Source of the DNA: an uncultured virus (IMG/VR IMGVR_UViG_3300027847_002832)
Taxonomy: Duplodnaviria; Heunggongvirae; Uroviricota; Caudoviricetes
Reading direction: 5' to 3' (one strand)
IMG/VR virus record: IMGVR_UViG_3300027847_002832
DNA length: 64,000 bases
Part shown: one piece after another, positions 56,484-64,000 of the stretch
Position numbering within the stretch: position 1 is the first letter of the stretch
How the letters are laid out: each line of letters starts with the position of its first letter
The notes under the pieces: generated by a model
Databases searched by the model: none
The model's input: the letters and a program-made list of their open reading frames with translations, nothing else
Told to the model about the DNA's origin: nothing
Made by a program: the position numbers and the translations under genes

Positions 56484-56957
56484 TTACACAAAGTTTAACC
56501 TCCAGTTGAAACTGATCTGCATGTCTGCCGTCTTATTCAGGTCTGGAAAAGTTGTCATACTGAATAAATCGCCATTTGCCATTTGCAGGGCCATCTCATT
56601 CAATGTCAGCCCAACACCTTCACTAAACAGAATAACGGACGTGAAGATGACCTGTGCAGCCACAGAGGTATCTGAATTAGCCAACGCTGGCTTAGATACT
56701 TGAGTGACACCAAAAAGACCATTTCTTCCAGCATTTACTACTTTCTTGACCCCGCCAGTTGTTCCTGCATCTCCAAAAATCATTCTGGTGACATAGAAGT
56801 CAAAGCTGCTGCCAATCTGGTTGGCGAGACCATTGGCAAGTGCAAGACGACCAGTTGTTAACACTGTGTTGTGAACTGTTATCACTTCCCCATCGCCATC
56901 TTTGTATTCAATGCAGATATCTACTTCCCCTTGGGGTTTTACTGATTCTTTAATCAT
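56484..56957 (-). CDS. Putative baseplate/tail-fibre attachment protein
   Basis: HNTVL..GR, LNEMAL...LFSM..F...NKT...FNW motif typical of phage tail proteins. Confidence 0.65.
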   Translation of the reverse strand: MIKESVKPQGEVDICIEYKDGDGEVITVHNTVLTTGRLALANGLANQIGSSFDFYVTRMIFGDAGTTGGVKKVVNAGRNGLFGVTQVSKPALANSDTSVAAQVIFTSVILFSEGVGLTLNEMALQMANGDLFSMTTFPDLNKTADMQISFNWRLNFV

Positions 56958-59900
56958 ATTTCACCTTCTTGAGTCTCTCCATCTAATGTTTCTATCACGA
57001 ATGAGATGCTTTCTTCAGCAGAAACATTCTCTTCCATTCCACTTCCCGGATTTGTTGACAAAGCAACAATTGCAGTGTTTTGGTCTATTTGATCGAACAC
57101 TTCTCTAATAATCACGTCTTTACCATCACGATCTAAATGATCAAAAACTGTAAATCCAACATTCATTGAATCTTTGGTAAACTGAACCAGCGAATAAGCC
57201 ACCGCAGTACCTCCTGCAATCAATGTTGTCCAAGTTTGTTCTTTACCAGCTAAAACTACATTTATTCCATCCCATTCTTCAATTCTATAAAAATCATTAC
57301 CTATCTTAAACATGAAGCTTTCTTTGAATCTGTCTTCATCTGTAAGAGGGGCTACTGGATTAGTTCCGTTAATGATATTGAATTCTTGTTCGTGGTCGCT
57401 GAATGTAGTTAAATGCAACCCTTTGTAACCAAATAGTCCAGTTGCTTTATCCACTAATTTTCTTCTTGTATCTATGCTAGTTCCAACAACATCGCCATTC
57501 GTCCATTCAGCGATCCATAATTTGTCTGGATCTTGGAATTTTAGTATTTCATAGTCCAATCCATCATTGTCATAATGTAGGAAGTCGCCAGCTAAAATGA
57601 ATTTATCTCTATCCACTGCAAGATCAGGTGCTTTAAGGTTTACAAACCCACGTCGTGTCACATCTAAATCTCCAGTTGTTCCTGAATCTATTGTTGCATC
57701 AAGATCATTGAGAAGAATATAAGTGATTCCGGTTGTGTCTGTAGTGGGGAAAGTGCTTCTGCTTTCCAAAACAAGAACTCCATCTTGCACGTCTTCTATC
57801 TCATAAGCTGTGGAGTCGAATCCCGGAATTAGCACCTTCCACGCTCCACCAGTATAATCTGGAGTATGAGTGGAATCCCACTGAGACTTTACTCCTAAAG
57901 ATGAAAAGTCAACACTACTGTCTGAGAACTCAATCAAGTCATCTTGAATGATATCTGCAATGCTTTGCTTGAATAGTATGTTCCATAAATTGAATGTAAA
58001 AGGAGATTCGTTTAATGGTTCAATGGCACCGCCGCTTAGTCTTGCAACGTGTGGATTACCATCTAGCCTATTGTTTGTTTCTCCCAAGGTGTACGTGCCA
58101 GCGTTTGGAGAAGGTGCAAGAACTTCTAAAATGTGATTGAACACAGCAATACCCAATCCATCAAGTTCTATGTCTGGGGAAATGAAAGCAACGTGATCGT
58201 TATACCCAGTTCCTAACTTCCCAGAAAGCACTGTGGTCTTGGTTGCCAAATCTTCTCTATCAATTACAAATGATTGGCCGGGCAATCCACGATCCATTAT
58301 TCTGTTAAAGAAAGGATTGGATTGGCCGGATAAAATGTATTGTGTAAAGTCTATGTTGACCAACACTTCGATATCTTCTGTGGGAGATTGAACAAATTCA
58401 TTAACCTCACCAGAGAAGTTGATTGAGTGAAGTTGAGCATGAAATGGCATGTATTCATCAAGAATATCTTGTGCTTCTATCAATCTGTCATTATTTAACT
58501 CTTCAATTCCAACATCAACCATGTAGCTGCTACTTATACAAGCACCACATGGATCAAGGAAATCACGATTTATTTGACACGCATCAAATGATGGGCGAGT
58601 GCTTCCATTGTATTCTTCCATATTGTAGATGTTTTCTGAATATGGGAATTCAGTTCTAATGAACCCAAATACAATGGGATCAGCAAAAGGATGTCTTACA
58701 GGTATAAGAACATCAAACAATGGATCTTCCTCCTCGATCAATCTTACATTCCAATTTTTAGGAGGATACTTTTGACTTCCTTCATCTCTTTGATCTTGAA
58801 GAGGCAATGAAAGAATATAATCTTGAAGAGTTTGTTCTGAGGTATCGGGAACTTCTTTGTATTCGTATTTAACTCTAAGAACATCTCCTTTGATTATGGT
58901 AAGAGGGCTTGATAGTTGCTCTCCAATCCATGTCATTTTTACAATACAGTCTTCTACTGAAAAACTGACATAATCTTTGTTCAAAACAGTGTATGTGCTA
59001 GAGCCTTCTTCCCTTAAGTATAATGCAAAATTTGCATCGTCAATTGGAAGAACTATATCGTCTTTCTCTAGTTGGAATACTGTGTCTGCTGTACTGTCAA
59101 CATCAAAAGATTCTTCCCATGTATAAGGAGATGTTAATTGCCAGAATTGAGTGTATTTATTTAACTCCATTCCGCACATTGCGTAAGCGTCTTCCAGTCC
59201 TTCAAGAGTTCCCTTTTTCTTAAACACAGGTATGGCTTCTTTGATTTGACGACGCCAAAGCGTAGGATCGGAAGACCTTAACCTAACATCAAACAAATTA
59301 GACAAATATGCGAGCATCGATTCATGTAAAGCATTTGAATCAAACAAGTCAATGATTTGATTTGTTAGGTCTTCAAGGAAAGTAAATCCCTTGGCAACAG
59401 CTTGATTCAGTTTATCAGTAGAGTCTGGAGTTAGGTCTCCTTCACATATGACGTTTTTATACATCTCTGGAAGGTATCTCTCCAGTAGTATCTCGTATTT
59501 GTCTGTTGCTGTAACATGTGTTGGAATTGATGTCACTGCACGTGGATCACCATCAATTTTGAATGGCAAATGAGCCGACAAGCTGCTTCCTGCTGGAAGC
59601 GGAGTCCAAGTCCAGCAGATGAAGTAGTCTCCTTCACGGACCTTTCCCATTGGATGCCACTCATATGTAAAGTGACCAAATTGTGGATTGCCATCAGCGT
59701 CTTCTGGAACTAAATCCAAGTACGCATTAGTTGTATCTGTAGAAAGCCAAGCTGGAAACTCATATGTCCCTACAATTTCTACAGGTGTTCTTTCTTTGTA
59801 AAAGAACTTGCTGACTTGTGTTGTGGCAGCTAGATTTGCTTGAGCTTGATCCAAGAGTTTTTTGTTAGCGACTGTAGGGTCTCCACAAAACGCTTCTTGC

Positions 59901-60118
59901 GCAACTTGAACAGCGACTACAAGGTTTTCATCTTGAGCCGAACTATCATATTCCCCAAAATTTGTTCCCAGAAAATCTCGTTCTATAAAGTAGATGGTTA
60001 CATTGTCTACTTTATACGGATCAGCGGTAAAACAATTTGAGCTATCAGGTGTCTCCAATTCAAATAGGATAACATCTGTAGTTTTAGGATTTTCTGTTAT
60101 TTTTTTTGCTGTTGTCAT
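56954..60118 (-). CDS. Large baseplate wedge protein (gp7/P2 gpI-like domain)
   Basis: LAYLSNLF...WRRQIKEAIPVFKKKGT; follows the gp6-like gene. Confidence 0.7.
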   Translation of the reverse strand: MTTAKKITENPKTTDVILFELETPDSSNCFTADPYKVDNVTIYFIERDFLGTNFGEYDSSAQDENLVVAVQVAQEAFCGDPTVANKKLLDQAQANLAATTQVSKFFYKERTPVEIVGTYEFPAWLSTDTTNAYLDLVPEDADGNPQFGHFTYEWHPMGKVREGDYFICWTWTPLPAGSSLSAHLPFKIDGDPRAVTSIPTHVTATDKYEILLERYLPEMYKNVICEGDLTPDSTDKLNQAVAKGFTFLEDLTNQIIDLFDSNALHESMLAYLSNLFDVRLRSSDPTLWRRQIKEAIPVFKKKGTLEGLEDAYAMCGMELNKYTQFWQLTSPYTWEESFDVDSTADTVFQLEKDDIVLPIDDANFALYLREEGSSTYTVLNKDYVSFSVEDCIVKMTWIGEQLSSPLTIIKGDVLRVKYEYKEVPDTSEQTLQDYILSLPLQDQRDEGSQKYPPKNWNVRLIEEEDPLFDVLIPVRHPFADPIVFGFIRTEFPYSENIYNMEEYNGSTRPSFDACQINRDFLDPCGACISSSYMVDVGIEELNNDRLIEAQDILDEYMPFHAQLHSINFSGEVNEFVQSPTEDIEVLVNIDFTQYILSGQSNPFFNRIMDRGLPGQSFVIDREDLATKTTVLSGKLGTGYNDHVAFISPDIELDGLGIAVFNHILEVLAPSPNAGTYTLGETNNRLDGNPHVARLSGGAIEPLNESPFTFNLWNILFKQSIADIIQDDLIEFSDSSVDFSSLGVKSQWDSTHTPDYTGGAWKVLIPGFDSTAYEIEDVQDGVLVLESRSTFPTTDTTGITYILLNDLDATIDSGTTGDLDVTRRGFVNLKAPDLAVDRDKFILAGDFLHYDNDGLDYEILKFQDPDKLWIAEWTNGDVVGTSIDTRRKLVDKATGLFGYKGLHLTTFSDHEQEFNIINGTNPVAPLTDEDRFKESFMFKIGNDFYRIEEWDGINVVLAGKEQTWTTLIAGGTAVAYSLVQFTKDSMNVGFTVFDHLDRDGKDVIIREVFDQIDQNTAIVALSTNPGSGMEENVSAEESISFVIETLDGETQEGEI

Positions 60119-61674
60119 TATTCAAATTCAAAATTTATTTCAATTGATACAGGTCTAATTATTTCAAAGAACTTTGTAGTCACAGTCTCTCCAGAGTTGG
60201 TTGCAACATCTGTTTGGAAATTGAAATCAATACTAGCAATTTCTTTAATATCAGAAAGTTCTTTAAGCAAATCTACTGATCTGAGTGTTTTTTCATAATC
60301 CCAATTAGGTAGTAAGAAAAATCCGACAGTTTTTCTGTCTACTCTTTCTCTGTATTCATCTTCAAATTTTCTGTAGAATTTATCCATAGTGACATCGATA
60401 GTCACATCTACTTCTACAACAACTCCATCTCGAATACAAACTTTGTCTGTAATCATTTTTTTGGCATCTATTGATTCTTGTAGTTCAATTTTTAATTCGT
60501 TGTTTGTTTCTGCTAAACCATCATCTCCGTCTGCCCCAAGAATGTATAAATCTACAACATTGGCGGCACATCCATAGTTTCTTAGTATTGCTTTTGACTT
60601 ACCAATTTTTCCATTGAACTCTGTAGAGAATTGATCAGTAAATGCTTCATAATCATCTCCTGCCACAACACGATTTTGAGTTCTTAACCAAGCGGGAAGA
60701 TTCCTTTTGATATCTTCAATAGAGTCTCCTTCATATCCAAATTCTCCTCGTGTGAAGTTCACAAATGAAACAGGAACATTGAAATCAAAACCTGTTGCAG
60801 AAAAGTTTCTTTGTAATGCAACTGCATTAGTTACAATGTTTCCAGATACTCCTCCACCAGTTCTGTATGTGATTCTTATTTGAGACGAATCTGATGGTAT
60901 TTGACCCGCTCTATTGTTTCCAAAGAGTACAAATGCGTTGTACAAGGAATCGTATTCAACACGAAATTCTTTACGAGGTTGTGAGTCTGTAAAGAAATTA
61001 ACTTGCTTCCATTCATTGCCATCTATGTTAACTCTAATTGAGTTCCAAATTACAGGGCCATCTGTAAGATTTACGAATTGATTGACACTGCCGTCTCCAG
61101 TTTCACTCTGAACTACTGTTAATCCTTCAAGTCCAATAACACTTGTGTTCAAAAAATTACCGGCTGTAATCAATATGTCTTCGCCAAAAATTGCATTGTT
61201 GTTTTGATCAGCAGGAAATAGTTCAATTGTTTTAGGACCATCTTCTGTACTGATATCAATTAGTTGTGGTGCAGGTATTACTAAATCTGTTGCCAAGACG
61301 TTGTTTATGGATACAGACCAAAGTGATCTCGCACCAATTGGAGGTTGAGGCTTAAATCCAACTAGAATAGATAATCTAAATGCGTTGTCTATTTCACTAA
61401 CTGTGTCAATGAATATTTCATTTGCAATTTGATCCATCTTAAAGGATAAAGTGTCTGCAATAAACGCCCAATTTTCAATTAACATAATTGCTAAATCAGA
61501 CTCTACGAAGTCACCAAAATCATTTTCAAATTTTTCTTGAATGAAATCAAGCAAACGAGATTTCATTGACCAAAAATCTTGATTAGTGTAATTAAGATTG
61601 TTCAAGTTTGGAGTCTTAATTAAATTTGATTTATCAAATGGTGTAATGTCAAAAGGACAATTCTGAAATGCCAT
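60118..61674 (-). CDS. Baseplate wedge protein, T4 gp6/BaseplateJ-like
   Basis: DFWSMKSRL, DTLSFKMD, FGNNRAGQIP, YRTGGG..GN, QNRVVAGDDY. Confidence 0.88.
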   Translation of the reverse strand: MAFQNCPFDITPFDKSNLIKTPNLNNLNYTNQDFWSMKSRLLDFIQEKFENDFGDFVESDLAIMLIENWAFIADTLSFKMDQIANEIFIDTVSEIDNAFRLSILVGFKPQPPIGARSLWSVSINNVLATDLVIPAPQLIDISTEDGPKTIELFPADQNNNAIFGEDILITAGNFLNTSVIGLEGLTVVQSETGDGSVNQFVNLTDGPVIWNSIRVNIDGNEWKQVNFFTDSQPRKEFRVEYDSLYNAFVLFGNNRAGQIPSDSSQIRITYRTGGGVSGNIVTNAVALQRNFSATGFDFNVPVSFVNFTRGEFGYEGDSIEDIKRNLPAWLRTQNRVVAGDDYEAFTDQFSTEFNGKIGKSKAILRNYGCAANVVDLYILGADGDDGLAETNNELKIELQESIDAKKMITDKVCIRDGVVVEVDVTIDVTMDKFYRKFEDEYRERVDRKTVGFFLLPNWDYEKTLRSVDLLKELSDIKEIASIDFNFQTDVATNSGETVTTKFFEIIRPVSIEINFEFE

Positions 61675-61682
61675 CTAATCTC

Positions 61683-62102
61683 CTATGCAATTGGAAGTTG
61701 TAATGTTAAAGCTTCTAATTCGGTTATATTCTCTGGATCGAAAAATTCTATCTTAATTGACAATATATGTTCTAAATCATCTTTTGGATCATCAGGATGT
61801 AAATCCTCTGTATCTATGCTGTTTGACACTTGTATGTTTTCTAATACTATTCTTGGTTCCCAATCTGATATAGCTTTTGATATCATATTTCTGGCTTTGT
61901 TTTTTAAGTCAAAGTCGTTTGGGTCAAAGAACAACTCTCTTAAAGGAGTCCCAAATGTTGGTAACATCACCCTCTCTCCGGGATTTGTAAGCAAAAGTTG
62001 TAATAAATCAGCTTTTATCTGATCTACTCCCTTCTTTTGAGCAAGTAATCCCCGATTTGTTTTAACTAATGGGTACTGTAATCCTAAAAATTTGTTTTCC
62101 AT
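61683..62102 (-). CDS. gp25: Baseplate wedge protein gp25 family
   Basis: LLLTNPGERVMLPTFGT.L..L.FDP, WEPRI. Confidence 0.93.
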   Translation of the reverse strand: MENKFLGLQYPLVKTNRGLLAQKKGVDQIKADLLQLLLTNPGERVMLPTFGTPLRELFFDPNDFDLKNKARNMISKAISDWEPRIVLENIQVSNSIDTEDLHPDDPKDDLEHILSIKIEFFDPENITELEALTLQLPIA

Positions 62103-62110
62103 GATTCTCC

Positions 62111-64000
62111 TTAAATTTGAGGAACTCCTCCACCGGGTGGATCAATTTCGCCAATTGTTCCTCCAGTGTTTGGATCAACATTGTTTCCTTCAGGCTGTTC
62201 CATAGCGTGTCCCGGAGGTGCTTGAGCTTCTGGTGGTAGTGTTGTTGATCCTCCTTCGTCTTCTACACAACCTTTGCCCTCACATTTTGCCATAGCCGCA
62301 GAGTAAGCAGCACAATCGCCGCCACAAGGAACTTGACATGGATGATAGGCTGAAGCAAACACACGTTCGCTCATAGCTTTTTCAGTCCAGTGTAATATCC
62401 CAGTTAATGGACAAAATACAGGACAACGAGCCACGATGACGTTGTAAAGACAAGGCCCACAACACTTCTTCCCCGGAGGTGGAGGACAATCACGTCCAGC
62501 CATAAGGAGAATTTGTTTTTCTGCGAAAAATATATGTAGTTCTCCACTGTAGCGAAAATGAATATCTTCCGTAGCTGTAATGAATTTCTTAGATACATAA
62601 GTGAATTTATCTGAAGGATTACATTCTAGGTCTCCAACAATAACAATATCCATATCATGTGTTTGTCTAATTGAGTGGCCACCAGCACGTAGGAACACGA
62701 TTCCCGGCTCTCCTTTAGGTCTTCCTTGGAATCTTAGGATGTGAGGCCCTCTACAAGCCTTGCAGTCATCACAAGCATTACACTTCTCATCTGTTTGAGG
62801 ATCAACGCACTGAGGATGCAAAATTTGTATCCACTGACTTTGAGTTTCTTCTTGTGAGAAATCATCGTTGAATCTCATCTCTAATCCATATCCAGATCGG
62901 ATTTGAACGTAAGCCTTTGCTGCTTTGGCTTGCGGTATTCCACCTTCGCAACGACAAGGGCCACATTGAAGATTCAATTCATCAACCATATTGATTTGAT
63001 GGTTGCTTGTACTTTGCATCCATATGCCACGCTTTTCTCCAGCACAATCTGGAGGGCATCTTTGGCAACCATCATCACTGGAATGAGTTCTGACAGTGTG
63101 ATCGTTCATCTCAATCTTGTTGCCATTACCAGTTTTGAGCTTAATGAAGTTTTGGATTCCTCTAACTTTTGAAGGCTCTTCAACATCTGTCATTGCAAAT
63201 GAATGACCTGTTGCTGACTTTTGCCAAAACATTCCAAGGTACTTGTCGTTACAGCCAAAATCAAATGGTTTAGTTGATCTTTGCCATTCTGGTTTTCCTC
63301 GTGGCTCTTCTACTGAGTCATCCATGACCATTGTGTGGCCACTGATGGACAGAAATTGAATTCCCGTTTGTGGCAAAGTGCATTTATTGTTCTGAGGAGT
63401 TCCGGGACCGGTGTATGCTCTGCATTCATTCCAGTGTTTATAGCTTTTGTTTTTGCCACCTTGTGACCCTGTGTATTTTGTTCCATCTGGAATAACTCCT
63501 GCAAACTCTGCTCCACATCCTTCTTTTCCGGGAGTTCTTGAATGTCCCCCAAGAATCTTAGAACATTGAGTAGGGTCGTCGCCTTCACAATTTGGCTCAC
63601 ATTGAGAAGCACCTTCTTTTGGCTTACCATGAATATCTGTAAAATATGGTTTGTCTCCATCATGATCAGAACAGGGATTTATACTACTAGAACTTGATCC
63701 ACCAGTTTCTCCTGCTGGACAAAGAGGATTGGTCCATTGACCACCATAATGAAGATGGTCGTCCTTGAAGATCATCCAGTTGCCGCAACCTGATTGAAGC
63801 TCCAATCTTTTCCAGCGACGGTTGCATTTGGCATTGCCGTCCACCATTTTAAGCATATGCTTTTCTGGTGTTTTGAAACCATAGATGTGAGGATAAGTTA
63901 TGTTTCTTTGTTCTTCGGTGTCTTCAATGAATTGCTTACTATCATCTATATCCAGACCGTTATAATTTTCTGTATTCCAAGGTGGAAGGACTTGATGACC
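62111..64000 (-). CDS. Cys-rich baseplate hub/spike (gp5/VgrG-like) protein, 5' truncated by the window
   Basis: Frame stays open to the window end; repeated SISGH.M.MDD, KSATGH, KTGNGN.IEMND beta repeats; upstream of gp25. Confidence 0.6.
   Translation of the reverse strand, partial: GHQVLPPWNTENYNGLDIDDSKQFIEDTEEQRNITYPHIYGFKTPEKHMLKMVDGNAKCNRRWKRLELQSGCGNWMIFKDDHLHYGGQWTNPLCPAGETGGSSSSSINPCSDHDGDKPYFTDIHGKPKEGASQCEPNCEGDDPTQCSKILGGHSRTPGKEGCGAEFAGVIPDGTKYTGSQGGKNKSYKHWNECRAYTGPGTPQNNKCTLPQTGIQFLSISGHTMVMDDSVEEPRGKPEWQRSTKPFDFGCNDKYLGMFWQKSATGHSFAMTDVEEPSKVRGIQNFIKLKTGNGNKIEMNDHTVRTHSSDDGCQRCPPDCAGEKRGIWMQSTSNHQINMVDELNLQCGPCRCEGGIPQAKAAKAYVQIRSGYGLEMRFNDDFSQEETQSQWIQILHPQCVDPQTDEKCNACDDCKACRGPHILRFQGRPKGEPGIVFLRAGGHSIRQTHDMDIVIVGDLECNPSDKFTYVSKKFITATEDIHFRYSGELHIFFAEKQILLMAGRDCPPPPGKKCCGPCLYNVIVARCPVFCPLTGILHWTEKAMSERVFASAYHPCQVPCGGDCAAYSAAMAKCEGKGCVEDEGGSTTLPPEAQAPPGHAMEQPEGNNVDPNTGGTIGEIDPPGGGVPQI

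Noticed and set aside
1..64000. Alternative genetic code (stop-codon reassignment)
   Set aside because: Core genes are full length in the standard code, and TAA, TAG and TGA all serve as stops.
1..64000. tRNA, rRNA or group I intron genes
   Set aside because: None recognised by eye; intergenic gaps are short and endonucleases appear free-standing. A covariance-model search was not possible.

Overview
This 64-kb window is part of a large T4-like (myovirus-type) bacteriophage genome read in the standard genetic code. It is not a cellular chromosome. The left part holds the head and packaging module on the minus strand: large terminase, intein-containing portal, prohead protease, scaffold and gp23-type major capsid protein. 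The right part holds the baseplate and tail module: a Cys-rich hub/spike-like gene, gp25, a gp6/BaseplateJ-like gene, a large wedge protein and PKD-domain paralogues. Between them lie accessory genes: three peptidases, a ferritin-like protein, ferredoxin, Dam methylase, CYTH, class I aldolase, a HugZ-like protein, a Cas4-like nuclease, primase, an actin-fold ATPase, a glycosylation cluster, aldehyde dehydrogenase and about six free-standing homing endonucleases. The most notable unexplained signal is a family of otherwise unrelated small proteins that all end in the same peptide W-x-K-E-G-F-stop (variant WKQLGF). One member is a 62-aa mini-protein carrying a near-copy of a conserved major capsid segment, which suggests an undescribed modular tag/adaptor system. 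Other highlights are a 28-bp element shared upstream of terminase and portal, an Acb1-like 2H phosphoesterase with a capsid-targeting-like N-terminus, a TnpB-like fragment inside a LAGLIDADG nuclease, and a 58-bp perfectly conserved leader on two diverged paralogues. All assignments come from motifs read by eye; no database searches were run.
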